Shown here: piece by piece, positions 45,016-57,077 of the stretch
Layout of the letters: each line of letters starts with the position of its first letter
Position numbering within the stretch: position 1 is the first letter of the stretch
Source of the DNA: an uncultured Planctomycetaceae bacterium
Lineage (GTDB): Bacteria; Planctomycetota; Planctomycetia; Pirellulales; PALSA-1355
Assembly: GCA_963785305.1 (NCBI GenBank)
Contig: CAWAUV010000007.1
Span: forward strand, 1,888,001-1,952,000
Direction of reading: 5' to 3'
DNA: 64,000 nucleotides
Program-made: the position numbers and the translations under genes
The notes under the pieces: model-generated
Seen by the model: only the letters and a program-made list of their open reading frames with translations
Database searches by the model: none
Told to the model about the DNA's origin: nothing

Positions 45016-48000
45016 CTAATCGTCGTTGTTCTCCTCGATTTTCAGCGGCTTGAGCATGTCCTCGAGCGCCTTGCCCATTGCCTCGGCCGCCCGCTTGATC
45101 GGATCGACCTTTTGGGGCGGCGGCTTCGGGGCCTCGGGCGGCAGCGGTTTGTCGGTGAGCTTGAGCGTGATTGTTTTCGCGGGCAGCATCAACGTGACGG
45201 TTCCTTCGTTCCGATCGCCGGTCACTTGCAAGTTGCTCACGAGCCCGATCATCGCCTTGTCGTCTTCATACACCTTGCGGCCGGTGCGCTTGTCGATCGC
45301 GAGGATCGAGGTGCGGGCCTCGTTGCCGCCGGGCGTTTCTTGATTTCGCTGCACATAGCGGGCAAACACGAGCAGCGGCAGCTCGCTGGGTTGGTGCAGC
45401 AGCAAGCCGTGTTGATCGATCTTGGCCGGACCCCAGAGCGGTTTGCCCGTCGCCCGCTCGAAGCCGTAGAGTCGACCGTTGACCAGCGGATTGTAGAGCC
45501 GGTCCTTGGGGGCCGATTGGATCATGTCGTCGTTGGCCTTCATTGGCGGACCATTGGTCATGAGCATCAGCGCGTCGGGCGAACCGATCAAGTGAATGTT
45601 CGAGAGCGAATGTTCGGCCCGGAGCTTCTCGCGGTCGAGCATCACTTGGCCATCGGCGACACGAATCAAGGTGAAGGCGCCGCTCGATTCGAGAATGCCC
45701 AGCAGCTCTTGACCCAAGATATCGCCCTTGGCGCCGAACTCGGCCTCGCGCTGCCACGCGGTGCTGTCTTTCCAGGGATCGGTGAGCTTGATCAGCCAGC
45801 GGCCATTTTGCGGGCGCCAGGTGAGCAGCATCCGGCCGATGGTCGCCATGCGATGTTCGAGCGGCGGAACTTCGCGCTTGGTGATGAACTCGCCATCGAG
45901 GCGGCGAACGATGATCGCTTCGCCGCCCTCGGCCGGCGCGGCGATCACGACCTCATCGTCGCCGAAAACTTGGCAGCCCAGCGGCAAGCCCTTGTAAACC
46001 CAAATGTCGGCGCCGGTCAGCGGATCGACACAGACCAGATCGCGAAAGCGCTGGAAGCACACGCCATCGTCGGAAGTCGGGCCGAGGGCGCCGATCAGCC
46101 GGCCGTTGGGCGTTTGGGCCACGTAGCGCACCGAGCCCCAGGGCACATTGAGCGGGCGCGGATGGACGCCCACGTTGTTATTCATGGTGGGATTGATGGT
46201 TTGCAGTTCCTCGGACCAGAGCACATGGCTGCCGCTGGATGTCTTGCCGCGCAGCGTGTCGAGGGCCACGATCTGATGGCCCATCCAGAGGAAAAGTTCG
46301 TTGCCCTCGACGGCGGCGTAGTTCATGGCCGGGTTGCTAAACACCTGATACATCGCCATGCGCGAAGCGCGGCGATTCGGGTCGTTGTCGGCCAGCGGCA
46401 CGCGGAATCGCTCGACGCCCATGCCGTCTTCGCCCACGAGCGACGACTGCTGGCGATCGAGGGCGAGGTTGATCGTGTTGAAGAATGGCCCCGTGGGGCC
46501 GCGCAGGTCCAAGTCATACGACGCTTGCACTCGGCCGCCGAGCATGCGTCCGCCAGTGATCTTGGGTTCGACCACGCCTACGGGATATGCCTTGGGTTCG
46601 GCCAAAAACGGCCGCACATTGCTATCGGCCGGCAAGGCGGCCACGATTTGAGCGCCTGTTTGGCCTTGCTCGCATACTTGCTCGGCCAGCGGGCCGGCCA
46701 ATTGGCGATAGTAGATCGCCGCCAAGTCCGGACGATGGGCTTCGCGCAGGAGCGCCGCCAACTGGGCTGTCGCCGTGCGCGCTCGCTCGGGATCGGGCGA
46801 CTTGAGTAGTCGCAGGAGAAGTTGTTCGCGGCGCAGCCAGGCGTCGGAGCCGGCGAGCTTTTCCGACAGCCGCTCGCGCACCGTATCGGCCGAAGGCAAG
46901 CTGCCAAACAGGCCCAGCAAGGTTTCGAGCGATTCTTTCGAGCCGGCCGCATCGATACGAGCAATCACGGTCGATTCGATATAGCGCCGATCATCGTCGC
47001 CGGCGAGTTTCCACAGATCGCTCAAGTTGCGGCGAATCCAGCGATCGCGACGCACCTGCAAGGATTCACCCAGCGATTCGAGTTGGCCAAGGGCGCGTTC
47101 GTCGTCGGCCACTTTGAGAAACGCGTCGAAGGCGGCGCGAATCTCGCCCGAGCCCTTGAGCCCGATCGCCCACAGCCGCAAAAACGAACCACGTTGCTCT
47201 TTCGTTTCGAGCAGATTTTCGAGGTCTTGGGCAATTTGCCGGTTCGCGGCGAAGTCGGACTCCAGGCCCGCGAGCACGCTTTCGATGAGCAGCTCGCGCG
47301 TCGCGCCGTCGGTGCGCATCGCATAGGAGCGTCGCAAGAGCGCGATTGCCTCCGAGATTTTGCCTTCGTCCAGGCGAATCTCGCCCGACTGGGCGAGCGC
47401 CGTGGGGTCTTCGGGCTTGCGGGCCAGAATCTCCTCGGTCTCGCGCTTGAGGGCGGCGAGTTGCGGATAGACCTCGATGAAATCGACATTCTGGCTGATT
47501 ACATCGCCGCGAAAGCAGATCAGATTGCCCGGCACGACACCCGACCGCGAACGGGCGCGATTCACGATCGCGCCCTTGCCCATGTCGATTTCCAGGATTT
47601 CGGCGGTCGACACCGGCAGGAAATAGGAAGAGCCGCTCATGAAACCGCGTCCGCTGGGAGTGGCCGAGCCGGGCAGTTCCAGAGGTCCCCAGAGCGGTTT
47701 GCCGTCGGAGAGTCGCAGCGCGGCCACATGGCGATGGCCCACCAGCAGCACGCGCTCTTGATTCACGCCGCCCACGTAGAGATAGCTGGCGTTCGCTCCA
47801 TCGCCACGCTCGGCTTTCCAAGCGAGACCGCCATCGACCAGATTCAGGCAGTAGAGCTTATCGCCCTCGACCGGCGTGGCGAGCACATGGCCATCGGCCA
47901 AAATCATTTCGCTATCGACCCAGCGGTCGCCGTTTTGGCGATCGGCCCCATTGCCGAACGGGTCGTTGTTGAACGCGCGAGGATTGAAGTAAATGCCTTG

Positions 48001-49870
48001 CGGATTTCTCGGGTACTGATAGCCCCAGAGCAGGCTGCGCGTGGTGAGGTCGACCGCCACGATCGCGCCGGCCGAAGTGGGGCACACCAAAATGCCATCG
48101 GCAAACGAGGGCACGGCGCCGGCCCCGCGGCGATACGGATCGATCATCACTCCGAGCTCGACCACCGCGAGTTGCTGCGACCATTCGAGCCGGCCGGTCT
48201 TGGGATTGAGCGCCAAGAGGCGAATATCTTGGCCTTTCATTTCCGCGAGCACATAGAGCTTGCCCAGAAGCGGCAAGGGAGGGCCGAGGAAAAACGCGCC
48301 GGCGAGCTGCGGCTCATCGTCGCCCGAGGCGCCGCCCACGCTCCATTTCAACTTGCCTTCGGTCTTCAGTTCGCGCGCCATCAGCCGATTGCTCGAGCGG
48401 AGACCGGAGCGCGATAGATCGCGGCCATTGGCCATGATCACGCGGCGATTATTGATCGCGATCTGAGCGGCATTGAAGCGGATTGAAAGGGGATTGGCGC
48501 CCTCGATTAGCGGCAGGTCTTCGATCGAATAGACCTGGGCTCCATCGCTCGTGATATTGCCGAAGATCGCGTCGCCCCACATGCGTTGCTCGAGACCGGC
48601 TTGCAACTGCGTGGGAGCGCCCGCCACGGCCCCGCGGCCCGAGGTGACGATCTGCTCGAACGAACGGTCGGCGCCGGAGGAATTCGCCCAGATGTATTTG
48701 CCGGTTTCGAAGTCGATGGCGACCATGTGCCGCACGGTGCGGGCCAGCACCACGTTGCCCACGGCCAGCGGTTGCAAGCTCGGGAGCGCGACATAGTCTT
48801 CGTCGCTGAACTTCTGCCGCAATTGCTTGATTGGTTCCTCGACCGAGTGATCGTCAAACGCGGTGCGCTTGTTCCACCGACGATTCAGCAGCGGTTGGCC
48901 GCCGCTCGAGGCGGCGTTGCGGGCGGCGTCGCCGCGCGAGAGGATCCACTCGTCGGCCGTCGCGTCGCGCATCGCCCGCGGTTCGACTCCGGCGCGTTCG
49001 GCCAACCACGCGAGCGCGTCGCGGGGATCGTTGAACCAGCGCACGGAGTGGTCGCCGACGCGCAATTCGGCTTGAGGCATTTGCCGCTTAAGCTGCACGA
49101 GCGTTTGCTGGGCCTTGTCTTTCGCGCCGGCGCGAACCCAAGCCGTGGCCAGCGACAGCGAGAGCAGCGGCTCGAATCGCTCGCTCGCGCCAGCGGCGCG
49201 CATCCGATCGAATAATAGCGCCGCCGCCAGCGGGCGATCGTGATCCAAATGGTCGCGGGCCACGAGCAGCGTCGCCTCTTGGCCGGCCTTCGTGTAGAAG
49301 AATACTCGAGCCACATCCGACACCGCGGCGATATCGCCCGCCGCGACCGCTTCGGTGAGCATGTGCCGGGCACGGGCGCCGAATTGCAGTTCGTAGGACT
49401 CGCGCCCCTCGGCCGGCATTTGACCGATGAGTTTTCCGGCTTCGGCTTTCAGGCTGCGATAAACCGTCTCGCTCGGGTCGGGCTTGAAGAAATAATCCTC
49501 GGGACTTTCGAGCAGCGAGCCGAGTCGTTCCGAGGCGTCGCTGTATTGATGGTTGCGAACGCTCTCGGCGGCGTGTTCGAGCTTCTGTTTGGCATGGCGA
49601 TCAGGCGGCAAGAACACGCCTTCGAGATTCTCGCTTTCGTTGGCCTCGGTCTGCTGGGCCTGAACGGCGAATTGCTGACAATGCGCCCTGGCGGCAAAGC
49701 CGAAATAGGCCGCGAATATCGCGAGCCAAAAGAAACAGAGCCGCGGGCAAAGCTGTTTCGCGCCGAGCGCTCGGGCCGCTTGCGCCGAGCCTTGGGCCTT
49801 GTTGTGCGCGGAGCGCTCGCGCCCTGTCGCGAATCAGCGCATCGAGGCGGCGTGGCGTCCGTCGCTCCAT
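45016..49870 (-). CDS. Large secreted PQQ-like (BamB-type) beta-propeller/TPR protein (5' frameshift)
   Basis: Repeated blades (AIDFETGKYIW, ALNPKTGRLEW, AVDLTTRSLLW, CVDPLTGADIW). Likely ATG at 49870 with GAGGAAG RBS. Confidence 0.8.
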
Positions 49871-50487
49871 GACGTCTTCCTCTGGGTCGATTGGCTTTTG
49901 GGGTCGATTGGCTTTTTGTGGCGGAGTCGATCGCGTTGCAGCGTGTCGCGGGGCAAAGGTTCGCGGAGCGGAATCGAAGCGCGGTTGCAAGCGCCGGAGT
50001 GCTTCCTTGAAACGGCCCCGCTCTGGCAATGGGTGTCTCGCGGGCCGCGGAAAGTTCAGCCGAAAGTTTATCGGGGCGTCTAGAACCGCGAACCGGCGAT
50101 CGTGATATTTCGGAACATCGAGCGAAGAAGCGTCTTGCGGAGCGCGGTCGAAATCATCTCATGAGCGCTATCGTACCTCGCGGTTTGGCGTCGAGCAAGT
50201 CTTTCCATTGGTTGGAGTTAGGCATCGGCGGCCTCTCGCCATTTTCAGCGTGTTTTTCTCGAAGGAAACGAGGCGGCGCGCGGCTCGCGATCATCGAACT
50301 CCACCCCCGAACCAAGAGCGCCGAACACGTGCGCGGCCCGAAAAAATCCGCGATTTTGCCGGCAAAACCACGATTTGCGGCTTGCATTTTTGTCAGCGTC
50401 GATTTTAATCATCCCGTTCCGCTCAGTGGCGAGAACGATCGTTTGTTCCGCGAACCCCCTAATTATTTGCGAGGAGGATTGACGACC

Positions 50488-50823
50488 ATGGCGAAAGCCC
50501 CCCCGGCTGCTGCGAAGAAAGCGCCATCGAAATCCGAAGTCACCAACGCGATCGCCGAGGCCACCGGCCTCTCGAAGAAGCAAGTGTCGTCGGTGCTCGA
50601 AGCGCTCTCGGGCGAGATCAAGAAGAGCTTGGGCGCCAAGGGCCCCGGCGCCTTTGCGATTCCCGGCTTGGTGAAAATCGAAAAGAAGAAGATTCCGGCC
50701 CGACCGGCGAAGAAAGGCGTTCCCAATCCCTTCAAGCCTGGCGAGTTGATGGATGTCGCGGCGAAACCGGCCAGCACCAAGATCAAGGTGCGCCCGCTGA
50801 AGAGCTTGAAGGACATGGTCTGA
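50488..50823 (+). CDS. HU-family DNA-binding protein
   Basis: GAGGAGG RBS; SKSEVTNAIAEATGLSKKQV, FAIPGLVKI, NPFKPGE, KVRPLKSLKD. Confidence 0.92.
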   Translation: MAKAPPAAAKKAPSKSEVTNAIAEATGLSKKQVSSVLEALSGEIKKSLGAKGPGAFAIPGLVKIEKKKIPARPAKKGVPNPFKPGELMDVAAKPASTKIKVRPLKSLKDMV

Positions 50824-51355
50824 TTCGGCGATCCCTTCGGCCGAAAACGCCGCTCGAGGCGCGCCGCTGGTCGCCAGCCGCTCGAGTAGCCGTTTACTTA
50901 GCGCGTCGTGACGCGTCGCTCGGATACTTCAATCGCTCGTGATTCCGCATTGCCGCAAGCCGCTCGGCCCGATCGTGTGGTGCCACCTGTTTCGATCGTT
51001 CGACTCCCTTGAAAAAGAGGGTCGCGGCGAGCTCGACGGAGTTGGTGTTCGAGGGGGGTGCGAACTTGATTCGCAATCACCGCTCGCACGCGCGGGACGA
51101 GCGGCTTGTTTTTCGCGCGACGATAGAGCGCGAAATCGAGCGCTCCGTCATGGCGGAAATGATACGTAACCCCGTGTGCTCGCGCGCCATGCACGCCCAG
51201 CGTGGGCACGTTTTCAAGCGCGACGCACGGTCCTCATGCCCACGCGGGACCGTGGGCATGGCGCCGCGAAACGAATCCAATTCGCCATTTCAACCATGAC
51301 ATGGCACTAGCGGGCGGGAGCATGCATTCGCGGCCGATTCGCTCCGGGGCCGGGC

Positions 51356-51958
51356 TCAGCGGCTTTTTCCGCGAGCGCCCGACGAGCGGGCTTTCTTGCT
51401 CTTGGCGATGCTTGTCGCGGGCCGTTTCTTGCCGCCGGTTGGTTTCTCGCCGCCCTGCTTGCCGCGCGATGCCTTGGCGGGCGCCTGGGCCTTCGCGGGC
51501 CCCTTGGTCCTGGCCCCGGCTGGCGATGCCTTGCCCCTCGCCGCCGCCGGCTTTGCCGCCGCCAGCTCGACCAGTTCCGAAAGTTTCTTGCGACGCAAAT
51601 CGCGAGCGAAGCGTTCGGCCGAGAGCGCCGAGATCGCGTTCACTTCGTCGATCGCCGCCGCGTGGCTCGTGCGCACCGGGCGCAGAAGCGAGGGCTCGGG
51701 CGGAGTGTCGACGGCCGCCACCACGTCGAACAGCGTGAGCTCGGCCGGCGAATGCGCGAGCCGGTAGCCGCCGCCGGGACCCGAAGTGCCCTCGAGCAGG
51801 CCCGCGTCGACCAAACGTCGCAATATTCGATATAAAAACCGCGGCGGAAAGCGGCAACCGCGGGCAATGCGCGCCGCCGTCATCGGCCCTTCATCGGAAC
51901 CGTTGGCCACTTGCAAGAGAATGCCGATCGCATAGCCGAGCGATCCTGTCAGTTTCAT
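51356..51958 (-). CDS. Rrf2-family transcriptional regulator with Lys/Ala-rich tail
   Basis: PPRFLYRILRRLVDAGLL...SGPGGGYRLA...LTLFDVVAAVD. Confidence 0.88.
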   Translation of the reverse strand: MKLTGSLGYAIGILLQVANGSDEGPMTAARIARGCRFPPRFLYRILRRLVDAGLLEGTSGPGGGYRLAHSPAELTLFDVVAAVDTPPEPSLLRPVRTSHAAAIDEVNAISALSAERFARDLRRKKLSELVELAAAKPAAARGKASPAGARTKGPAKAQAPAKASRGKQGGEKPTGGKKRPATSIAKSKKARSSGARGKSR

Positions 51959-52453
51959 ACGAGTCCTCTGTTCGATCGCGAGCGACATGAATCTCGCGAG
52001 CCGCTTTGGCCATGGCGAGTCCCAGGATTGTAGACCAACTCGCCGGATTTTCCATGAAGATATTCCGTATTCGAGAATTCGGAGGGTTTTTCTCCACGCC
52101 CCATGTCCACAATCCCAGCGAACGCCTCGCGCGACGGTTGGTATGCATTGTGCTTCTGCTAGTTACCCGCGCCGCGAGAGGGGAATCGCACGAGTTCGCT
52201 CGATTGTCTCATTTATTTCTTGCGGACTCACGACTAAAATCGCCAGCGGCTTGAGCGCGGCGATTTGTCGCAGTATAAGTGCGGGCGATAAAAAGCGCGG
52301 CGGCGCGTCTCGGGCCCGCGTGCCCAAATGCTCCAGTCAGCGCGCTGGCGGAGCGCAAACAAAATGCCCGCGCGAGGCGCATAATATCGCCGTCGGGTTG
52401 ACCGCGATTGCGTCGGCTTTGTTCGATTTCCGCAACCCTTTCCAAGGCTTTTC

Positions 52454-53758
52454 GTGAACAATCGCCATGTATTGCTCGCCCACTCGATCGCGTGTCGGAG
52501 GTTGCTCCGGATGTGTCTCGCGATCATCGGCGGTTGGCTGATCGTCGCGGCGACAAGCGAAGGGGCCCCGCCCGCGCCGGCCGACGCGACCTCGCTCAAG
52601 GGACGCGTGATGTGCGGCTATCAGGGCTGGTTTCGCTGTCCGGGCGACGCCACGAACCAAGGCTGGATCCACTGGAGCCGCGATCATTTGCGGCTGCTGC
52701 CCGAGACGCTCGCTTTTGAGATGTGGCCCGACGTGAGCGAATACAGCGCCGAGGAATTGTATCCCACGAAGGCGTTTCACTTTTCCGACGGGCGCACGGC
52801 CGCGCTTTTTAGCTCCGACAACGCGCTCACGGTCGAGCGCCATTTTGGCTGGATGCGCGACCACGGCATCGATGGGGCGTGGCTGCAACATTTTATCGTC
52901 GATCTGCCCGGCGGTCCGGTGCAGCATCGTTTCGCCAGCCGGTCGCGCGTGCTGAAGCATGTGGCGGCGGCGGCTGAAAAAACCGGCCGGGCGTGGGCAA
53001 TCTCCTACGATATCGCCGGCGCGCCGACCGACCAGATTTTCAATCTCATCGCCGCCGACTGGAAGCGGCTGGTCGCGGCGGGCGTGGTGCGGCAGGATCG
53101 TTATTTGCACCACAAGGGGCGGCCGGTCGTCCAAATCTGGGGCTTCTATGCCAACAGCGCCCAAAATGCGATGACGGCCGAAGTCGCCAATCGCTTGATC
53201 GACTTCTTCGCCGCCGACGGGCCCGACGCCGCTTTTCTCGTGGGCGGCGGCGATTGGGATTGGCGGCGAAATCCGGAGGCCGAGTGGCAAGCCTTTCATC
53301 GTCGCCTGCCGGCCTATGCGCCTTGGAATGTGGGCAATTACACAACCGACGCGCGCGGCGATCGCCATGCCGCGACCGACTCCTGGGCCGAAGACAAACG
53401 CCAGTGCGAGGAGCGCGGCGCGATGTGGATGCCGGTCGTGTATCCGGGCTTCAGTTGGGACAATCTCAAGGGGCGCCCACCCGGCTCGACGACGATCGCT
53501 CGTCGCGGCGGGGAGTTTTATTGGGAACAGTTCGTCGCGCTGGCGCGGCTGAAGCCCGACACGATCTACGTGGCGATGTTCGACGAGGTGGACGAAGGCA
53601 CCGCGATCTTCAAAGTGACGAACACGCCACCGGTCGAGGCCCGGTTCTTAACCTATGAAGGGCGCCCCGCGGATTGGTATTTGCGACTCACGGGCGAAGG
53701 CGCGCGCATGGTCTGGGGCCAGCGCCCGCTGAGTGAAACGATCCCAATCAAACCATGA
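52454..53758 (+). CDS. Secreted glycoside hydrolase, GH71/99-like
   Basis: MCGYQGWF, WPDVSEY, YLHHKGRPVVQIWG, PVVYPGFSWDNL, YVAMFDEVDEGTAIFK. Confidence 0.75.
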   Translation: MNNRHVLLAHSIACRRLLRMCLAIIGGWLIVAATSEGAPPAPADATSLKGRVMCGYQGWFRCPGDATNQGWIHWSRDHLRLLPETLAFEMWPDVSEYSAEELYPTKAFHFSDGRTAALFSSDNALTVERHFGWMRDHGIDGAWLQHFIVDLPGGPVQHRFASRSRVLKHVAAAAEKTGRAWAISYDIAGAPTDQIFNLIAADWKRLVAAGVVRQDRYLHHKGRPVVQIWGFYANSAQNAMTAEVANRLIDFFAADGPDAAFLVGGGDWDWRRNPEAEWQAFHRRLPAYAPWNVGNYTTDARGDRHAATDSWAEDKRQCEERGAMWMPVVYPGFSWDNLKGRPPGSTTIARRGGEFYWEQFVALARLKPDTIYVAMFDEVDEGTAIFKVTNTPPVEARFLTYEGRPADWYLRLTGEGARMVWGQRPLSETIPIKP

Positions 53759-53810
53759 GTGTGCTTCGCGCCAGGCGACGATTCGGCTTTCGCGTGAGCG
53801 ACATGCGTGA

Positions 53811-55197
53811 TTAGCGGCCGGTTCGGTCGAGAGACTCTGTTCCCGGCAGACGCAGTGTGACGATTTGCGTTGGTTTGTCTTGCGCTACGGCGGCGCCTCG
53901 GGCATCGAAGCCGTGGAAGCCGAAGTCATTGTCGTTGATCACCGCCAAGGTGTGGGCATCGATCATCGCGAGGCCCTCGAGCTTGTGGGGAATCTCGGGC
54001 AATGCTCCCAGATCGGCGATCAGCCGCTTGGCGAGCGGTCGAGCGCCGGCCGACGCGAGATCGGCAATCGCTTCCAGGCTGGCGTCGCCATGCGCCTCGC
54101 TAAGGGCGGCCGACAGAGCGTCGCGCCGTCCGATGTCGATCACGAAGATTTTTGCCTGGCGATCCGTGTGCTCGAGCACCAGCAACCGCGTGGCGCTCAA
54201 GGCCACGAGGCCGCCGATCTTGATCGCGTGGGCCGTGGCGCCGGGACCATGGGCTTCGGCGGGCTCGAAGCGATAGACATACTCGGCGATCACGCGTTCT
54301 TTCTGACTGTCGAACGCCAGGATCCGCGCGGCGCTCGATGCCCGGACAGCCTCGCGCTTGGCGTTGTCGAGCGCAGCTTTCCATGGCGGCGAAGAGAATT
54401 CGACCTCGCGGTTCGATCGCCAAACCCTCGAAGCCGCGGTTGATTTCACGCCGCGCATAAACAGCCGGCAGCGCCTCGACCACGGGGTAATCAGCGCCCG
54501 CCGACGCAACGCCGCCGGGCACGAAGCGTTTCCGCACATGACCGGTGGAGTCGACCTTGACGAGCGAGGGACCATATTCCTCGGCGATCCAGAAGTCGCC
54601 CTTCGCGGTGCGCACGATTCCTTCGGGGTCGAGGCCATTGGGATCGAACGCCAATCGCTGGGTTCCGTCGAAGCTGTAGCCGGCGCCATCGGCCTCGCGA
54701 TTCGGAAGGCCGGTGACCGGCTTGCCGCGAGGCGTCACGAGCGGAATCCTCTCGACGACTTGGGCTTCGTGGCCCGAGAGTTTCAGACGCACGATGAGCG
54801 GAGTGAAATCGGGCACGGGAAACACGCGCCGCTTCTCGTGGTTGACCTCGATTTCCGGATTAGGACCGCGATCGGTGATGGCCCAGAGCTCATCGGTCGG
54901 GTCGCCCGGCGCTCGCCACAGATCGCTCAAGCCGCCGAGCTTCAAATTTCGATCGTTGGCCAGCGGCGGCGCTAGCGAGTTGGGCACGATAGCCGACAGT
55001 CTCTCCGCGGCCAATTCATGGACCTGGAGCACCGCCGGCGCGTGGTCGCCGGGAGTCGGACGCTGGGGGGCGATTTGTGGCTGCGCGCGAGCGAAATCGC
55101 CGAGCGTCGTGATATTCAAGACCAGGCAAACGGCCAACAGCCGGCGGCGATACCAGGGCGAGCGACGAGATAAGGACGATTGGGCGAGGCGAGACAC
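53811..55197 (-). CDS. Phytase-like/esterase-like beta-propeller family protein (frameshift near 54375)
   Basis: LGGLSDL, AITDRGPN, LDPEGI, WIAEEYGP, NRGFEGLA, KLEGLA, NDNDFG. Confidence 0.8.
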
Positions 55198-55457
55198 AAG
55201 TCGACCTGCGAGCGGATTGCCCTTTTTTCGTGCGAAGGCATCTACTCTACCTGCCCGACTCCCGCATTCAACGCCGAACGCCCCGCCTAGCCGATTTCTA
55301 GCAATCGCCTCACACGAACTGAATAACGCGGCCCGCCGCGTGGTCGTGCGCCGAGATTAAATAGTCTCCCGAGCTTGGAGGACGCGCTTTCGAGCCCTGT
55401 TTCCAATCACAACCGGAAACGTTAGCGAGGGCGGGGAAGTTCTTTAATGCCGGCCAC

Positions 55458-55739
55458 TTATTTCAGTAGGCGGATATTTTTCTTGCTGACGATCTTTCCC
55501 AAGCAGAGTTCGTACTGGGAGGGCGTTTCCCTGATCTTCTTTAGCTCGACGATCATCTCCGGAGCAACCGCCTGATAGCCATTGCGAAACCGGATATGTG
55601 TATAGCGCTTGCCGATGAGCCGCTTTTTCCAGTATGCGGTCTTATCGCGATACTCGATCGTTTTTGTCTCTTCAAGAATTTTGCAAAACCACTCTCTACA
55701 CAAATTGAGGTAAAGCACGACCATCGAAATGTCATTCAC
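55458..55739 (-). CDS. Small ASCH/PUA-like domain protein
   Basis: LNL...WF..IL...KTIEYR...IRFRNGY pattern typical of ASCH; AT-rich codon usage. Confidence 0.7.
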   Translation of the reverse strand: MNDISMVVLYLNLCREWFCKILEETKTIEYRDKTAYWKKRLIGKRYTHIRFRNGYQAVAPEMIVELKKIRETPSQYELCLGKIVSKKNIRLLK

Positions 55740-55793
55740 CGTGCGACGTCAATCGGTCGTTGAGGTTCGCGATTCGGCCGCGGTGACTTCCGC

Positions 55794-56716
55794 TTAAGCG
55801 GCATCGGTTGGCGGGGACGATTGGCGATTGCCTTCGGCGCTGTCGCCGTGCGATGCCGCGGCGCCGTTGATTCGGTGGGCGGTGTCGGAATGCGCCGCGG
55901 CGCTCGGGTGCAAGGCGGCGCTCGGGTGCAAGGCGGCGCTCGGGTGCAAGGCGGCGCTCGAGTGCGAGGCGCTGCTATCGGCGTGCGTTTGGGCCGGGGC
56001 GCTCAGGAAGTCGAGGTACAGCCGCTCAAGCGATGTCGAATCGGAGCCGACCACGCGGCGCAGTTCGTCGGCATTGCCCAGGAACCGCAAGCGACCCCGG
56101 TCGACGATGCCCACCCGATCGGCGATCTCTTCCGCCATGCCTAATAGGTGCGTGCTCATCAGAATCGTCATGCCGGTCGAGGCGCGGCGCGCAGCAGGTC
56201 TTTGAGCAAGCGAATGCTTTGCGGGTCGAGCCCAATCATCGGCTCGTCGATCACGAGCACTTCGGGATCGTGGAGCATGGCGGCGGCGAAGGCGAGCCGC
56301 TGCTTCATGCCGTGGGAGTAGCTTTCGGTCAGATCGTTCACGAAATCGGAGAGGCGAAATTCATCGATCTGCTGCTGCATGCGGAGCGAAGCCAGCGAGG
56401 AATCGAGGCCGTACATATCGGCGATGAATTGCAGGAACTCGCGGCCAGTCAGCTTTTCATAGAGATAGGGCACATCGGGAATATAGCCCAACACCCGATT
56501 CGCCTTGCGGCAGTCGGTCACCACATCGTGGCCGCACACGCGCACCGTGCCCGAGGTGGGCCGCAACAGGCCGACGACCATTTTGATGGTCGTGGTCTTG
56601 CCGGCGCCATTGGGCCCGAGCAGTGCGAAGAGCTCGCCGCGGCGAATTTCGAGATCGAGGCCCGCGACCGCCACTTTGCTGCCGTAGCGCCGCGATACTT
56701 TTTCGAATTGGATCAT
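55794..56716 (-). CDS. ABC transporter ATP-binding protein (frameshift near 56190)
   Basis: GPNGAGKTT, YSHGMKQR, VIDEP, then TILMSTH in the next frame. Confidence 0.9.
55897..55968. repeat. 18-bp tandem repeat (SAALHP), 3 exact and 1 degenerate copy
   Basis: GCGGCGCTCGGGTGCAAG repeated in the ABC ATPase tail. Confidence 0.85.
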
Positions 56717-57077
56717 GGCGAGAGCGTGTTTCCCCGGAAATGGCTCGGGCAAGGGGTTTCCGCGCGAGGACGGCCGCGGCGGTTTTGGCCTGCCGCTTGG
56801 CGACGAGCGGCCCTTGGGCGAATTGCCCGCCGGTTTTGGGCCGCGGCAAAGAGCGATCATCCCCCTAGAGGGCATTATGACTCGCCCCGCGACGAGCGAC
56901 TACCCCAGCGAGGGCGCTAGAAGTGTGGCACGCCCCGCGACGCCCGACCGCGCGAAGGAGGCCGGGCGGGACTTTTGAGCGGCGCCCGATTGCTCTACAA
57001 TATGGCGACGCCCGATCTCGGATCGTGGGTTTGAATCGGGTGGCTTCGGCAACATACTCCTCGCAGGCGCATTGCCC

